A stretch of 64,000 nt of DNA from Massalongia carnosa (lineage: Eukaryota): positions 806,001-870,000 of the forward strand of contig OZ287070.1 of NCBI GenBank assembly GCA_965645245.1, read 5' to 3'. Position 1 is the stretch's first letter, and every line of letters starts with the position of its first letter. This document shows positions 61,763-64,000 of the stretch, piece by piece. The notes under the pieces were generated by a model. The model saw nothing but the letters and a program-made list of their open reading frames with translations, made no database searches and was not told the origin of the DNA. The translations under genes and the position numbers were made by a program.

Positions 61763-63720
61763 ATGGCAGACGCTCTGAAGGCTGAGGGCAACAAGGCTTT
61801 TGCGGAAAAGAACTTTGATGAAGCTATGTAAGACAAAACCGTTGTTCTCCTCTTTGCAGTATAATAGTGTTGACAGTGCATAGAAAAAAGTTTTCTCAAG
61901 CGATTGAGCTTGAACCCACCAATCATGTGCTATACTCGAATCGATCAGGTGCCTACGCTTCGAAGAAAGACTTTGACAAGGCTCTTGAAGATGCGAACAA
62001 AACAACAGAAATCAAGCCTGATTGGGCCAAGGGATGGGGCCGTAAAGGCACAGCACTTCATGGTATAGGTGATCTAGGTTAGTACTTTTCCTGATATTTT
62101 TTTGTGTTATTAACGGCAGTGCACAGTTGGCGCAAATGATGCATTTGAGGATGCGTTGAAGCTTGATCCTGCCAATACACAGGCTAAATCGGGTCTCTCT
62201 GCTGTCAAGCGTGCTATAGACGCTGAAGCAAAAGAAGATGGTGGAAAGGGTATTGGGGGACTCGGCAATATGTTTAATGATCCTCAATTGATTCAAAAGC
62301 TTTCCGCAAATCCTAAAACACGCAACTTACTCGCAGACCCTCAATTTATGGCCAAATTACAGAAGCTAAAAGAAAATCCAAGCAGTGTTGGCGATGCGTT
62401 GGGAGACCCAAGATTTATTAGCGTTATGGGCGTCTTGCTGGGTATCGATATGTCAGGCGATATGGGATTTAAGCCCCCAAGCACCTCCGAGCATGAAGAA
62501 GACATTCCTATGCCAGATGCGCGCCTCCCATCAGAGAACGCCGAACCAACGCCTAGGACTGCTGAGCCTGAACCTGTAATCGAATCCGAGCCAGAGGATG
62601 AAGAAACTGCAAGTCGTCGGAAGGCTAAAGACGAAGCTGATGCAGAGAAAAAGCTTGGCACGGAAAATTACAAAAAGCGTCAATTTGATGCAGCCATCGA
62701 GCACTACAGCAAAGCCTGGGATTTGCACAAAGATATTACCTATCTGACCAACCGGAGCGCCGCAAAATTTGAGAAGGGTGATTTTGAGGGTTCCATCGAC
62801 GACTGCAAGAAGGCAATTGAGGAAGGTCGGGAGGTGTTGGCAGACTTTAAGATTATTGCAAAGTATGTACGTCCCATCTTTTCATGTCAGAAATTTTGGC
62901 TGATGTGAATAGGGCCTTTGGTCGTATTGGCACGGCCTATGAGAAGCTTGGCAACCTCCCACAGGCTATTCTAAACTATCAGAAATCCTTGACTGAACAT
63001 CGAACACCTGATATTCTTAATAAACTTCGTGCAGCAGAGAAGGCTCAAATTAAGGCAGAGAAAGAAGCTTACATTAACCCTGAAGAAGCCGAAAAAGCGC
63101 GCGAACTCGGAAATCAGAAATTCAAGGAAGCGGATTGGCCTGGTGCCGTCGAAGCTTACAGTGAGATGATCAAACGTGCACCAGATGATCCACGAGGCTA
63201 TTCGAACCGTGCTGCTGCCTTGATTAAGTTGATGACGTTCCCAGGTGCCGTTACCGACTGCGACGAAGCCATCAAGAAAGATCCCAAGTTCATAAGAGCA
63301 TACTTAAGAAAGGCTCAGGCTTACTTTGCTATGAAGGAGTATAGCAAATGTTCCGATGTGTGCATCGAAGCAATGGAGCACGACGAAGAAGGCGCTAATT
63401 ATCGCGAGATTGAACAACAACAACAGAAGGCGTTGCAAGCACAATTTGCGGGACGTGATGGGGAATCAGAGGAGCAGACAATGGAGAGAATTCAGAGAGA
63501 TCCAGAGGTAAGCGGCCAGCTCCTGCGTGACGAAGAAGCAGCAGCGCCTGTGCTGATAAACCGTGATTAGATCATGGGCATTCTGCAAGATCCGATCATG
63601 CAAAGCATTTTGCAGCAAGCCAAGGGTGACCCAGCTGCGTTGCAGGAACACATGAAGAATGCAGGCATCAGGTCCAAGATCCAAAAACTGGTAGCCGCTG
63701 GTGTTATACGAACCCGCTAA
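61763..63720 (+). CDS. STI1: Hsp70/Hsp90 co-chaperone Sti1/Hop
   Basis: [13 protein letters not shown], three TPR domains, and DP domains ([29 protein letters not shown]). Four introns. Confidence 0.96.
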
Positions 63721-64000
63721 GACCAAGGCAGACCAAGGAACGGGCAGAAGGGTGCGTGGCTGTAGTAATTTGTATTACATGTCCATTGTTTGAAAAGCCC
63801 GTGAGCGATGCATATGTACAATATCACGAAGTTCGATGAGCGACCACTCTTTCACACTTTCATACTTATTGGCTTTGAAATAAGGTGTCGCCTAGTCCTC
63901 TAGGGTTGCATTTGATGACGGTGCAGATTGTATGTGTTGCTTTTCGGAGGTATAGAAACTTCAGCCTATCACTATACTCCAAAAACCGTCCAGCAGTTTG

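Noticed and set aside
1..64000. tRNA, rRNA or CRISPR arrays
   Set aside because: None recognised by eye; this is eukaryotic nuclear DNA with no spaced direct-repeat array. A tRNAscan-SE/Infernal run would be needed to exclude small RNAs.

Overview
Gene-dense 64 kb of a filamentous ascomycete (Pezizomycotina) nuclear genome with short spliceosomal introns. About 21 protein-coding genes can be rebuilt by hand: RTC1, RPS21, CPD photolyase, chromate transporter, a secreted His1 LPMO-like protein, PNC1, a small DUF5872-like protein, an F-box protein, HMG-CoA reductase, cyclophilin, RRP41, an ERCC6L2-like SNF2 helicase, purine-cytosine permease, SPA2, GIG1-like, an OSBP homolog, YNG2, HOS2, a conserved hypothetical protein, RPC34 and STI1. 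There are four mobile-element insertions. Two are full-length but broken DNA transposons (pogo/Fot1 at 5011-6960, Tc1 DD34E at 31144-32845). Two are 5'-truncated LINE copies with 14-bp target-site duplications (716 bp at 58950-59665, and 59 bp at 26504-26562 upstream of HMG1) that share a structured 3' end. Best leads: the LINE 3' RNA structure and T|AAAG target preference; the candidate copper His-brace protein; a mitochondrial presequence on cyclophilin with no AUG; a dispersed TAC-N3-GTA motif matching the Tc1 termini; covarying hairpins in the pogo TIRs; and an excess of AAG splice acceptors. I found no convincing new multi-gene system. All calls come from reading the sequence; no searches were run.
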